Origin: Cellvibrionaceae bacterium
GTDB taxonomy: Bacteria; Pseudomonadota; Gammaproteobacteria; Pseudomonadales; Cellvibrionaceae
DNA length: 64,000 bases
Assembly (NCBI GenBank): GCA_021151695.1
Contig: JAGKWU010000008.1
Location: 215,548-279,547, forward strand
Direction of reading: 5' to 3'
Below, piece after piece: positions 19,912 through 28,914 of this stretch; the first letter of the stretch is position 1; every line of letters begins with the position of its first letter. The notes under the pieces were generated by a model. The model was not told the origin of the DNA. It saw only the letters and a program-made list of their open reading frames with translations, and did no database searches. The translations under genes were made by a program, and so were the position numbers.

Positions 19912-20703
19912 ATGTTTTCACAAGCCTGGAAACACAGGTTGCTGATCTGGCAACTGCTCAAACGCGATATTCAGTCGCGCTATCGCGGCTCTGCACTGGG
20001 CTTGTTGTGGTCGTTGGTCACGCCAGTCATTATGTTGTCTATTTATACCTTTGTTTTTCAACAGGTGTTCAAGGCGCGTTGGAATGATCATCAGGGCGAA
20101 ACCACCTTGGGATTTGCGGTGATTTTATTTTTGGGCTTGAGTATTAGCACGCTGCTATCAGATATATTAAACAAATCGCCAACATTGATAGTGGGAAATC
20201 CTAATTACGTAAAAAAAATTGTATTTCCTTTAGAGATATTGTCCTGGATTACGTTGTTCAGTGGCATTTTCACCTTTCTGACCAATTTTATTCTACTGTT
20301 AGTCTTAATTCTCTCAGAGCTGAAAACAATTCCACTGACTGCTCTTTTGCTTCCGCTTATTTTGGCTCCCTATTGCATTCTCTTGCTTGGCGTTTCCTGG
20401 ATATTGGCAGCTTTGGGTGTTTATCTGCGCGATATACAGCAAGTCACGGGGACGTTGGCAACGCTGTTACTATTTCTCAGTCCGGTATTTTATTCCGCCG
20501 ATGCTTTGCCTGCATCTGTGCGCACCTGGGTTTTTTTGAATCCGCTTTCCTATGTGGTGGAGGCCAGTCGCGCTGTATTGATTTATGGTCGCTTGCCTGA
20601 TTTTGTCGGATTGATAATTTATTCTGGAGCAGCCTTGCTGGTGGCGTTGGCCGGGTATTGGTTCTTCCGTAAAGTGCGTCCCGGCTTTGCCGACGTAATT
20701 TAG
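19912..20703 (+). CDS. wzm: Polysaccharide ABC transporter permease Wzm
   Basis: RDIQSRYRGSALGLLWS, YVKKIVFPLE, LNPLSYVVE. Confidence 0.93.
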   Translation: MFSQAWKHRLLIWQLLKRDIQSRYRGSALGLLWSLVTPVIMLSIYTFVFQQVFKARWNDHQGETTLGFAVILFLGLSISTLLSDILNKSPTLIVGNPNYVKKIVFPLEILSWITLFSGIFTFLTNFILLLVLILSELKTIPLTALLLPLILAPYCILLLGVSWILAALGVYLRDIQQVTGTLATLLLFLSPVFYSADALPASVRTWVFLNPLSYVVEASRAVLIYGRLPDFVGLIIYSGAALLVALAGYWFFRKVRPGFADVI

Positions 20704-20712
20704 GAGTGAATC

Positions 20713-21960
20713 ATGATTAAGGTTGCAAATGTCTCTAAAACTTATCTGGTGTGGCAAACACCAATCAGCCGGTTGTTGGTGCCTATTATTGTTCGACTTT
20801 TTCGTCGCTGGCGACCAGCTTATGCCGAACATATATTGGCGCGTTATTGCCAACCTGTTGAAGCGCTTACAAATATCAGCTTTCAAGTGGCGTCGGGCGA
20901 TAGTCTGGGCATTATTGGGTTAAACGGCAGTGGAAAAAGTACACTGCTACAAATCATCGCTGGCACATTACAGCCATCATCAGGCAAGGTTGAACTCAAG
21001 GGGCGTGTTGCTGCGCTATTGGAATTGGGCAGCGGTTTTGATCCCGAGTTTACCGGACGTGAAAATGTATTTATCAATGCCGCTATTCTGGGGCTTACTC
21101 GCAGTGAAATAGAAGCGCGTTACCAAGCTATAGTGACTTTCGCCGATATTGGTGATTTTATTGATCGGCCAGTCAAAACCTATAGCTCAGGCATGATGGT
21201 GCGCTTGGCCTTCGCAGTGCAGGTGCACGTTGATCCCGATGTGTTAATTGTGGATGAAGCGCTTTCAGTAGGTGATGCGCGCTTTCAGGCAAAGGCGCTT
21301 GCGAAGATTGAAGAAATTTTAAAGCGTGGCACAACCTTATTGTTCGTTGGCCACGACTTGGGTGCTGTACGCTCATTTTGTAATAGAGCAATGCTGTTGG
21401 AGCGCGGCCAAATTGTAAAAAGTGGTATTCCTGATGATGTGATTACGGAATATCTGTATGTGGTGCAAAAAGATCGTCTGCAAGAGTTGGGTTCGCGCGC
21501 AAAATTGGAGCGTCGGGAGAAGGGGTTTGCTGCGCAAGGTTTTGATATAGATAGTGCTGAATTTGTTAATCATGGCACTCACGCTGCGTTGGAGTTCGAC
21601 AGCGAGGTCATACTTGCTATTGATGTTGTTATGACAGAGACAATAAGTGCTCCTTTTGTCATTGTTGATGTCATTGATAATCGCGGCATGTTGCTTGGTG
21701 GGCGACGTATTGCCGTTCCTGCCTTCAACGGAACGCGTCAGTTAAATGTAAGGATGCGGTGCAATTACCAGAAGGGTATATATCGCTTCAGGATACGTTT
21801 GGTGAGTGCTCCCAGTGTGGAAAGTACACTGCTTATGAGCCGCTATGACGACTTGTTATCGATTGAAATGATTGATGATGTTCGACACAAGTTTAGCGGA
21901 ATGTTCCCGTTGCCCATGGAATTTTCCTGGCATTGTGAATCCAGCAACCTGAAGGATTAA
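20713..21960 (+). CDS. wzt: Polysaccharide ABC transporter ATPase Wzt with C-terminal carbohydrate-binding domain
   Basis: [28 protein letters not shown], plus a beta-rich C-terminal extension of about 150 aa. Confidence 0.92.
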   Translation: MIKVANVSKTYLVWQTPISRLLVPIIVRLFRRWRPAYAEHILARYCQPVEALTNISFQVASGDSLGIIGLNGSGKSTLLQIIAGTLQPSSGKVELKGRVAALLELGSGFDPEFTGRENVFINAAILGLTRSEIEARYQAIVTFADIGDFIDRPVKTYSSGMMVRLAFAVQVHVDPDVLIVDEALSVGDARFQAKALAKIEEILKRGTTLLFVGHDLGAVRSFCNRAMLLERGQIVKSGIPDDVITEYLYVVQKDRLQELGSRAKLERREKGFAAQGFDIDSAEFVNHGTHAALEFDSEVILAIDVVMTETISAPFVIVDVIDNRGMLLGGRRIAVPAFNGTRQLNVRMRCNYQKGIYRFRIRLVSAPSVESTLLMSRYDDLLSIEMIDDVRHKFSGMFPLPMEFSWHCESSNLKD

Positions 21961-21965
21961 TTGTT

Positions 21966-22868
21966 ATGAGAGCTATTGCCGATCAATTCCAGATAAAAGT
22001 TTTATGGCATGCGTCACGCGCCCTGGTTGCCGGCCGCAGTTACATATTGCAGCGCGGCAGTGATCGGCTGATGTTCACTGTGACGGCCATTAAATATCGC
22101 GTCCAGATTGAAGGTGGCGAGCATTTATCGGCAACGCATATTGATGCTGGCGAGCAGGCGGTGGTAAATATAAGTACGGCATCTTTGATCGGTTTCAATT
22201 CGCAGGATGCTGCCTTCGATATATTGGATAGCCAATCGCTTGAGCTATTGGGGCAAGGCACTATTGAATTCGCATTGCATCGCTCCACCAATATTCGCTG
22301 GCAGCAGGTAACTATCGACAAACAGACTCGCGCCACTTTGAAAAATCAAGCTCCGCGTTGCATTTGGTTTACTGGCTTGTCTGGCTCTGGCAAATCGACT
22401 ATTGCCAATTTGCTTGAAAAACGTTTGTACGAACAGGGTTTGCATACCTACTTGCTTGATGGCGATAACCTTCGCCATGGGCTCAACCGCGATTTGGGCT
22501 TTACCGAAGCGGATCGCGTGGAAAATATTCGGCGTGTATCTGAAGTGGCGCGCCTGATGGTGGATGCGGGCTTAATCGCAATTGCCTCTTTTATTTCACC
22601 CTATACCGCCGAGCGCACTGCTGCGCGAAAGTTATTTGCCGACGGTGAATTTATAGAAGTGTTTGTAGATACACCTTTGAGCGAATGCGAGAAGCGAGAT
22701 GTTAAAGGCCTTTATGCAAAAGCCAGGCGTGGAGAACTCAAAAATTTCACCGGAATTGACAGCGCTTATGAGCGTCCGGAACGACCTGAACTGACGCTGG
22801 ATACCTGCCATCACTCGGCAGAAGAATGTGTTGAGAAAATTGTCAGTTTTTTGAAATTATCGAAATAA
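21966..22868 (+). CDS. cysC: Adenylyl-sulfate (APS) kinase with an N-terminal remnant of the CysN C-terminal domain
   Basis: [35 protein letters not shown]. The first ~100 aa resemble CysN/NodQ domain III; there is no GTPase domain. Confidence 0.88.
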   Translation: MRAIADQFQIKVLWHASRALVAGRSYILQRGSDRLMFTVTAIKYRVQIEGGEHLSATHIDAGEQAVVNISTASLIGFNSQDAAFDILDSQSLELLGQGTIEFALHRSTNIRWQQVTIDKQTRATLKNQAPRCIWFTGLSGSGKSTIANLLEKRLYEQGLHTYLLDGDNLRHGLNRDLGFTEADRVENIRRVSEVARLMVDAGLIAIASFISPYTAERTAARKLFADGEFIEVFVDTPLSECEKRDVKGLYAKARRGELKNFTGIDSAYERPERPELTLDTCHHSAEECVEKIVSFLKLSK

Positions 22869-22880
22869 CCTCTAGCCGGA

Positions 22881-25800
22881 ATGAAGCCAGTGGCGAAAAA
22901 GAAATTAGTGATTGTATTGGGTATGCATCGCAGTGGAACCAGTGCGGTGATGAACGCATTGTCCTGTCTGGGCGTGCAGCAGGGCGATGATTTGTTGCCG
23001 CCCGGCGTGGATAATCCCAAAGGTTTTTTTGAAGACCGCGATTTGAATTTACTCAATATAGAAATGCTGGAATTTATCGGCAAGCAGTGGTTTAGTTTGT
23101 CGCTGGTTGAAGATGCCGACGTTGATATGCTGATTGCCAATGGCTATCTCGATAAGGCGACAAAGCTCATTAGTGAGAAGATTCAGTCTTCTGCTCTTTT
23201 TGGCTTTAAAGATCCGCGCGTCTCCAAATTATTGAAATTCTGGAAGCTGGTTTTTGCCCATCTCGGTTACGAGGTGCATTATATTTTTTGCATACGCAAC
23301 CCGCTCAGTGTTGCGCAATCCCTGCAAGCACGTAACAAGATCCCGTTAAAGAAAGGTTGCTGGTTGTGGCTGAGCTACAACCTGGCCATAGCAGCAGAAA
23401 GCCAGACGCCGTTGATTCCACTTGATTACGATCAACTGATGGAAACACCAGCAGAGCAAATTGACTATCTGGCGAAGGCGTTGGGGTTGACGGTGGACCC
23501 TATGCTGCAAGAAGAATTTATCGGCGGTTTCCTCGATAAAAATTTGCGTCATGCGCAGTACACCAAGACGGATTTGCTCGCCAGTGGTCAATGCCCTACT
23601 CCAGTTGCGGAATTTTATGAGTTGTTGATGGATTCGGCATCAATGACTAATGGCACTTTTTCTTCTGAATTGTCAGGGTTTTTTCACCAGCATCGCACAG
23701 AGTTGGGAGCTGAATTCGGTTTTCTGGATGCTTCGGATGCGTCAGTCGTCAAATATTTTTACGAAACCACTCATGCAAAAGAATTGGCGCAGTTGGTTGA
23801 TGAGCGAACGGCTTGGGCGAAAAGCCTTGAGCAATCTGTTGAGGAGCGAACCCGATGGGCACAAGATCTTGAGCAAGATCTGGAGCGCAGAACTGCCTGG
23901 GCTAAAAAGTTGGAACAGGAGGTTGAGGAAAGAACTACTTGGGCTAAAGGCCTTGAGCAGCAAGTGGAGGAGCGCACTACTTGGGCCAAAGGCCTTGAGC
24001 AGCAAGTGGAAGAGCGCACTGCTTGGACTAAATCGCTTGAACGTTCTCTCAACGAAAAAGAGCAGCATCTACGGGTATTGGATGATGAGTTAATGAATGT
24101 GCGCCAACGCGAGCAACATGCTCGCGATGAGGGGGTGCAATTGAAATATGCGCTTGAACAAAGCCAGCGACAAGAAGCTGAGACGAAGCAGCGCTTATCT
24201 TCCGAGTTGGATCAATTAAATGCCCAGTACCAACAAATCATCAATTCCCATTCGTGGAAAATAACCATGCCGTTGCGAGTGGCTGCGCGATTGTTGCGAG
24301 GGGAAGTTCGTCTCGTATCAAATGTGGCTAAAGTAAAACTCCAGCGTTTAGCAAGGAAAGCTTATAAATCCTTGCCGGTAAACCGCCGTGTTAAGGATCT
24401 GCTGGCCAGCTGTTGTTATCGCGTTGCCGGTCCTATGTTTGAAGGGACGGTGCATTATGAAATGTGGCGTCGCAGCCGCAGTAGTCATCTGCCGCAAGTT
24501 GTTGCGACCGGAACTATTGCGCGTGAAGATATAGAAGCAGCCTTGCACGATCTGGTGTTGCCGATTTCCGCCAAGCCCGTGGTATCGGTCGTCATCCCAA
24601 GCTACGGTAATTTGCCGGTAACATTGACCTGCCTGCTGTCGATTGCACGTCATAAACCTGCTGTGGATATCGAAGTGATTGTTGTTGAGGATCACTCGCC
24701 GGATCATGAAATTCACTGGCTGCAAACAGTGAAAGGTTTGCGCTATGAAGTGCATCCTGAAAATTTGGGTTTTGTTCGCTCTTGCAATCGCGCGGTGTCT
24801 TTTGCAAAGGGTGAGTTTGTTTATTTACTGAATAACGACACCGAAGTTACCGAGAATTGGCTGGACTCTTTGCTGGCTGTATTTGCTAGCCATAAAGATT
24901 GCGGCATGGTCGGTTCAAAGCTGGTATACCCGGATGGTCGATTGCAAGAAGCTGGCGGTATTTTATGGCGCGATGGCTCTGCGTGGAATTACGGCCGCCT
25001 GCAAAATCCTGATAACGCCGAATTCAATTATCTGAAAGAAGCAGACTATTGTTCCGGCGCATCGTTGTTGATCAGAAAGTCGCTTTTTGAAGAGCTGGGT
25101 TTATTTGATGAGCGTTATGTGCCAGCTTACTGTGAGGACTCAGATCTCGCCTTTAAAGTGCGAGCGGCGGGATTAAAACTTTATTACCAGCCAGCGTCGG
25201 TAATTGTGCATTACGAAGGTGTATCAAATGGTACCGATGTGCATGGCACAGGTATCAAAGCTTATCAATTGGCCAATCAGAAAAAGCTGTTTGAAAAGTG
25301 GCAATCAGTGTTGGCGACTCACCCGGAAAATGCGCACCGTGTTTTTGCCGCGCGCGATAAAACCTTGCACAAAAACTGCGTGGTTATTATTGATCACTAT
25401 GTCCCGCAGCCCGATCGGGACGCGGGCTCACGAACCATGTTTGCGTTTATTCAATGTTTGTTGCAAATGGGCTGCAATGTGAAATTCTGGCCCGATAATC
25501 TTTGGTTCGATCCAGTGTATACACCGAGATTACAGCAGTTGGGTGTTGAGGTGATTTACGGCCCTGAATATCGCGATGGTTTTGAAAATTGGTTGCGATC
25601 TTCGGAAGGGCAAGTGAGCCAGGTAATGCTAAGCCGGCCGCACATTGCCGAAGGTTACCTGTCTATCCTGAAAAAATTTCCCGATGTGCATGTGAGTTAC
25701 TACGGCCACGATTTGCATTTTGCGCGCATGCAAAATGAGGCAATGTTGACTGGCGATAAATCGTTGATGAAGGATGCCGAGCGCTGTCTGCAACAAGAAT

Positions 25801-26486
25801 TGTTGATTTGGAATTCGGTAGATGTGGTGCTCTATCCCTCAGACGAAGAGACTGCTTACATCCAGCAAAACCACCCGCACATTCAGGCGCAGACTATATC
25901 GCCCTACATATATCCCGAAGCGGCCAAGTATATGGCGCGCGAGCCGGTGAATAATAACCGGATTATTTTTGTGGCCGGCTTTGGCCATCCGCCTAATAGC
26001 GATGCGGCCAAGTGGTTTGTTAAAGACATATTGCCGTTGATCCAGGCTGCTGCAGGTCGGGTCGAGTTGTTGCTGATTGGCTCCAACCCATCGCCCGAGG
26101 TCAAAGCGCTTGCCAGCGAGCATGTTATAGTGACGGGCTATGTCACTGACGAACAATTGCTCGAGTATTACCTGACCGCCAGCGTGGCGGTGGTGCCTTT
26201 GCGCTACGGTGCGGGCATTAAAAATAAAGTGATTGAAGCCATGGCCTATGGCACGCCACTGGTGACCACACCAGTCGGTGGTCAGGGGTTGTTTGGCTTG
26301 GAAGACATAATTCCTATAACAGACGATCCTGCCCTGTTCGCAGATCACGTCTGCCAATTAATGCGGAGCCAGGAACAGTGGCGCCGTATTTCCAGGGCTG
26401 GGGCTCAATTTGTTGAGCAGCGCTTCTCTGAAGGCTCTATGAAAAATACGCTCAATCAAGCGCTGCAATTATCGGCGGCGGTGTAG
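22881..26486 (+). CDS. Multidomain sulfotransferase-like / coiled coil / GT2 / GT4 glycan synthesis protein
   Basis: N-terminal [15 protein letters not shown] and IRNPLSVA; heptad repeats; GT2 ([23 protein letters not shown]); GT4 ([21 protein letters not shown]). Confidence 0.88.
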   Translation: MKPVAKKKLVIVLGMHRSGTSAVMNALSCLGVQQGDDLLPPGVDNPKGFFEDRDLNLLNIEMLEFIGKQWFSLSLVEDADVDMLIANGYLDKATKLISEKIQSSALFGFKDPRVSKLLKFWKLVFAHLGYEVHYIFCIRNPLSVAQSLQARNKIPLKKGCWLWLSYNLAIAAESQTPLIPLDYDQLMETPAEQIDYLAKALGLTVDPMLQEEFIGGFLDKNLRHAQYTKTDLLASGQCPTPVAEFYELLMDSASMTNGTFSSELSGFFHQHRTELGAEFGFLDASDASVVKYFYETTHAKELAQLVDERTAWAKSLEQSVEERTRWAQDLEQDLERRTAWAKKLEQEVEERTTWAKGLEQQVEERTTWAKGLEQQVEERTAWTKSLERSLNEKEQHLRVLDDELMNVRQREQHARDEGVQLKYALEQSQRQEAETKQRLSSELDQLNAQYQQIINSHSWKITMPLRVAARLLRGEVRLVSNVAKVKLQRLARKAYKSLPVNRRVKDLLASCCYRVAGPMFEGTVHYEMWRRSRSSHLPQVVATGTIAREDIEAALHDLVLPISAKPVVSVVIPSYGNLPVTLTCLLSIARHKPAVDIEVIVVEDHSPDHEIHWLQTVKGLRYEVHPENLGFVRSCNRAVSFAKGEFVYLLNNDTEVTENWLDSLLAVFASHKDCGMVGSKLVYPDGRLQEAGGILWRDGSAWNYGRLQNPDNAEFNYLKEADYCSGASLLIRKSLFEELGLFDERYVPAYCEDSDLAFKVRAAGLKLYYQPASVIVHYEGVSNGTDVHGTGIKAYQLANQKKLFEKWQSVLATHPENAHRVFAARDKTLHKNCVVIIDHYVPQPDRDAGSRTMFAFIQCLLQMGCNVKFWPDNLWFDPVYTPRLQQLGVEVIYGPEYRDGFENWLRSSEGQVSQVMLSRPHIAEGYLSILKKFPDVHVSYYGHDLHFARMQNEAMLTGDKSLMKDAERCLQQELLIWNSVDVVLYPSDEETAYIQQNHPHIQAQTISPYIYPEAAKYMAREPVNNNRIIFVAGFGHPPNSDAAKWFVKDILPLIQAAAGRVELLLIGSNPSPEVKALASEHVIVTGYVTDEQLLEYYLTASVAVVPLRYGAGIKNKVIEAMAYGTPLVTTPVGGQGLFGLEDIIPITDDPALFADHVCQLMRSQEQWRRISRAGAQFVEQRFSEGSMKNTLNQALQLSAAV
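23802..24053 (+). repeat. Six tandem 42-bp (14-aa) coding repeats, consensus ERTxWAKxLEQxVE
   Basis: Units start at 23802, 23844, 23886, 23928, 23970 and 24012; units 4 and 5 are identical in protein sequence. Confidence 0.95.
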
Positions 26487-26496
26487 GTCAAACACA

Positions 26497-27546
26497 ATGC
26501 ATTTAAATATTCAGAAATTGTCGGGCAAGGTGCGAGCGAGAGCTCCGCTGCGTTTGGGATTTGCCGGGGGCGGCACCGATGTCTCGCCCTATTCGGATGA
26601 GTACGGCGGTTACGTGCTCAATGCCACCATCGATAAATATGCCTATGCCACCCTCAGCCATTGCGAGTCCGGCGTGGAGTTTGTGGCAGCGGATATTGGT
26701 AAGCAATGGCGTGGCGATATCGCGACCGAAGTAGCGCCCACCCAAGGGTTGGATCTGCATGCGGGTGTGTACAACCGCATAGTGCGCGAGTTTCTCAATG
26801 GCGAAGCCATAGGCGTTTCGCTGATTACTCACAGTGAAGCACCACCGGGTTCCGGTTTGGGTTCGTCATCCACTATGGTGGTGGCGATGGTGCAGGCGTT
26901 TGTGGAATACCTGTCGCTGCCGCTGGGTGAATACGATATTGCCAAGCTGGCCTATGAAATTGAGCGCGTTGATCTTAAGCTGGCCGGTGGTAAGCAGGAT
27001 CAATACGCGGCTGCTTTTGGCGGTTTTAATTTTATGGAGTTTTATCACGATCGCGTGATAGTGAATCCGCTGCGTATCAAATCAAATCATTTGGCGGAAC
27101 TTGAATCCTCGCTGGTGTTGTTTTACACCGGTGTTTCGCGTGAGTCGGCCAATATTATCAAAGAGCAAACCAATAACGTGGTTGAGCGCAATGATAAAGC
27201 CCTGGCAGCGCTGCAAGCGGTAAAAGCTGAAGCGCAAAAAATGAAAGAGGCCATTCTGCAGGGAAATTTTTTCAACCTTGCAGAATCCCTTCGCTCATCC
27301 TGGGATGCCAAAAAGAAAATGGCGACCAGTATCAGCAATTCGCAAATCGATATTATTTATAACGCTGCTATTGATTCGGGCGCTGTTGCAGGAAAAGTAT
27401 CCGGTGCTGGTGGTGGTGGTTTTATGATGTTTCTTGTTGATCCCGCAAAACGTCCCGATGTAATTCGCACACTCAATGCGTTTAACGGACAAGTAATGAC
27501 CGCTGTTTTTGTTGAGCAAGGTGCTCACTCCTGGAGAGTAGAATGA
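26497..27546 (+). CDS. hddA: D-glycero-alpha-D-manno-heptose-7-phosphate kinase (GHMP family)
   Basis: [41 protein letters not shown]; adjacent to gmhA. Confidence 0.9.
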   Translation: MHLNIQKLSGKVRARAPLRLGFAGGGTDVSPYSDEYGGYVLNATIDKYAYATLSHCESGVEFVAADIGKQWRGDIATEVAPTQGLDLHAGVYNRIVREFLNGEAIGVSLITHSEAPPGSGLGSSSTMVVAMVQAFVEYLSLPLGEYDIAKLAYEIERVDLKLAGGKQDQYAAAFGGFNFMEFYHDRVIVNPLRIKSNHLAELESSLVLFYTGVSRESANIIKEQTNNVVERNDKALAALQAVKAEAQKMKEAILQGNFFNLAESLRSSWDAKKKMATSISNSQIDIIYNAAIDSGAVAGKVSGAGGGGFMMFLVDPAKRPDVIRTLNAFNGQVMTAVFVEQGAHSWRVE

Positions 27547-28127
27547 TTGAATTTATTGAGCGAGAACTCAGCAAGCTGTCCGCCTTGATTGCCGCTATCC
27601 AGGCTGACAAACAATTGCTGGCACAAGTCGAGCAAACCGCAACATTAATCGTTGATACCTTGAACGCTGGTGGCAAAGTATTGCTGGCGGGCAATGGTGG
27701 TTCGGCGGCAGATGCGCAACATATTGCGGCAGAATTTGTCAGTCGCTTTCACTACGATCGCCCCGGTCTTGCTGCCATTGCATTGACTACAGACACTTCC
27801 ATTCTCACTGCCATTGGCAATGATTACGGCTATGAGCGTTTATTTGCCCGTCAGGTGCAGGCGCTAGGTCGCAAAGGCGATGTGTTTATTGGAATCTCCA
27901 CCTCCGGCAATTCCGGCAACGTGCTCGAAGCGCTGCAAGTTGCGCGCAGCATGGGTTTGACCACAGTGGGCTTTGCCGGACAAACCGGTGGCAAGATGGT
28001 TGAGTCCTGCGATTTATTATTGCGCATGCCCTCCAAAGAAACGCCAAAAATCCAGGAAGGCCACATTGCTATTGGCCATATTATTTGCGGCCTGGTTGAG
28101 GCCACGATTTTTCCGAAAAATTCATGA
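27543..28127 (+). CDS. gmhA: Phosphoheptose (sedoheptulose-7-phosphate) isomerase
   Basis: [31 protein letters not shown]. Confidence 0.95.
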   Translation: MIEFIERELSKLSALIAAIQADKQLLAQVEQTATLIVDTLNAGGKVLLAGNGGSAADAQHIAAEFVSRFHYDRPGLAAIALTTDTSILTAIGNDYGYERLFARQVQALGRKGDVFIGISTSGNSGNVLEALQVARSMGLTTVGFAGQTGGKMVESCDLLLRMPSKETPKIQEGHIAIGHIICGLVEATIFPKNS

Positions 28128-28846
28128 TGACCTACGAAGCCATTATTCTTGCGGGTGGTTTTGGCACCCGCTTGCGCGAAGCTGTCCCCGATTTACCCAA
28201 GCCCATGGCGCCTATCGCCGGTCGTCCTTTTCTGGCATGGCAATTAGACTATCTTATCGCCTCGGGCATAGAGCGTTTTATTCTCTCGGTGGGTTATAAA
28301 GCAGAAACTATCTGCGATTATTTTGGTGAGAATTATCAAGGCTGCCCCATAAGCTATGTGAAAGAAGATGAGCCCCTGGGTACCGGTGGTGCAATACGGT
28401 TGGCGTTAGCTTCCGCCACGCAGGAGCGCGTGTTTATTTGCAATGGCGATACCCTGTGTTCGGGTGACTTTATTGCCTTGCGCGCGCGTAGCAGTCATAG
28501 CAGCGATGCCATATCGGTATTGGTAAAGCACGTGGACAACGCCGGCCGCTACGGCGCTATTCGCTTTGATACTGCCACGCAATTGATCACCCATTTCGGT
28601 GAAAAATCTTCCAGCGATGCCGGTTTTATCAATGCAGGTATTTACGATGTGCCGCGCAATTTGTTTGACGGCGTTGAACTCGCTGCACCTTTCTCGTTTG
28701 AATCCAGTGTGCTGCAAGTGCTGGTAGGGCAATCCTTGTATGCCCAGGCTTCGGGTGATTTCTTTATTGATATAGGTATCAAGGAGGATTATCTAAAAGG
28801 CCAAACGGCTATTCCGGCTTTTGTTGCCGATGCTACGTCTCGGTAA
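28124..28846 (+). CDS. hddC: D-glycero-alpha-D-manno-heptose-1-phosphate guanylyltransferase
   Basis: ILAGGFGTRL..PKPM, EPLGTGGAI, NGDT, FIDIG; hddA-gmhA synteny. Confidence 0.85.
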   Translation: MMTYEAIILAGGFGTRLREAVPDLPKPMAPIAGRPFLAWQLDYLIASGIERFILSVGYKAETICDYFGENYQGCPISYVKEDEPLGTGGAIRLALASATQERVFICNGDTLCSGDFIALRARSSHSSDAISVLVKHVDNAGRYGAIRFDTATQLITHFGEKSSSDAGFINAGIYDVPRNLFDGVELAAPFSFESSVLQVLVGQSLYAQASGDFFIDIGIKEDYLKGQTAIPAFVADATSR

Positions 28847-28914
28847 GACGTTGCCCTTTGGTAAAACCTGACACCTCACAAAATAGGAATAATTCCGGCT
28901 TTTTTGGACGCACT

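Noticed and set aside
23802..24053. Possible CRISPR array
   Set aside because: Repeats are contiguous, in-frame and degenerate at synonymous positions, with no unique spacers and no cas genes.
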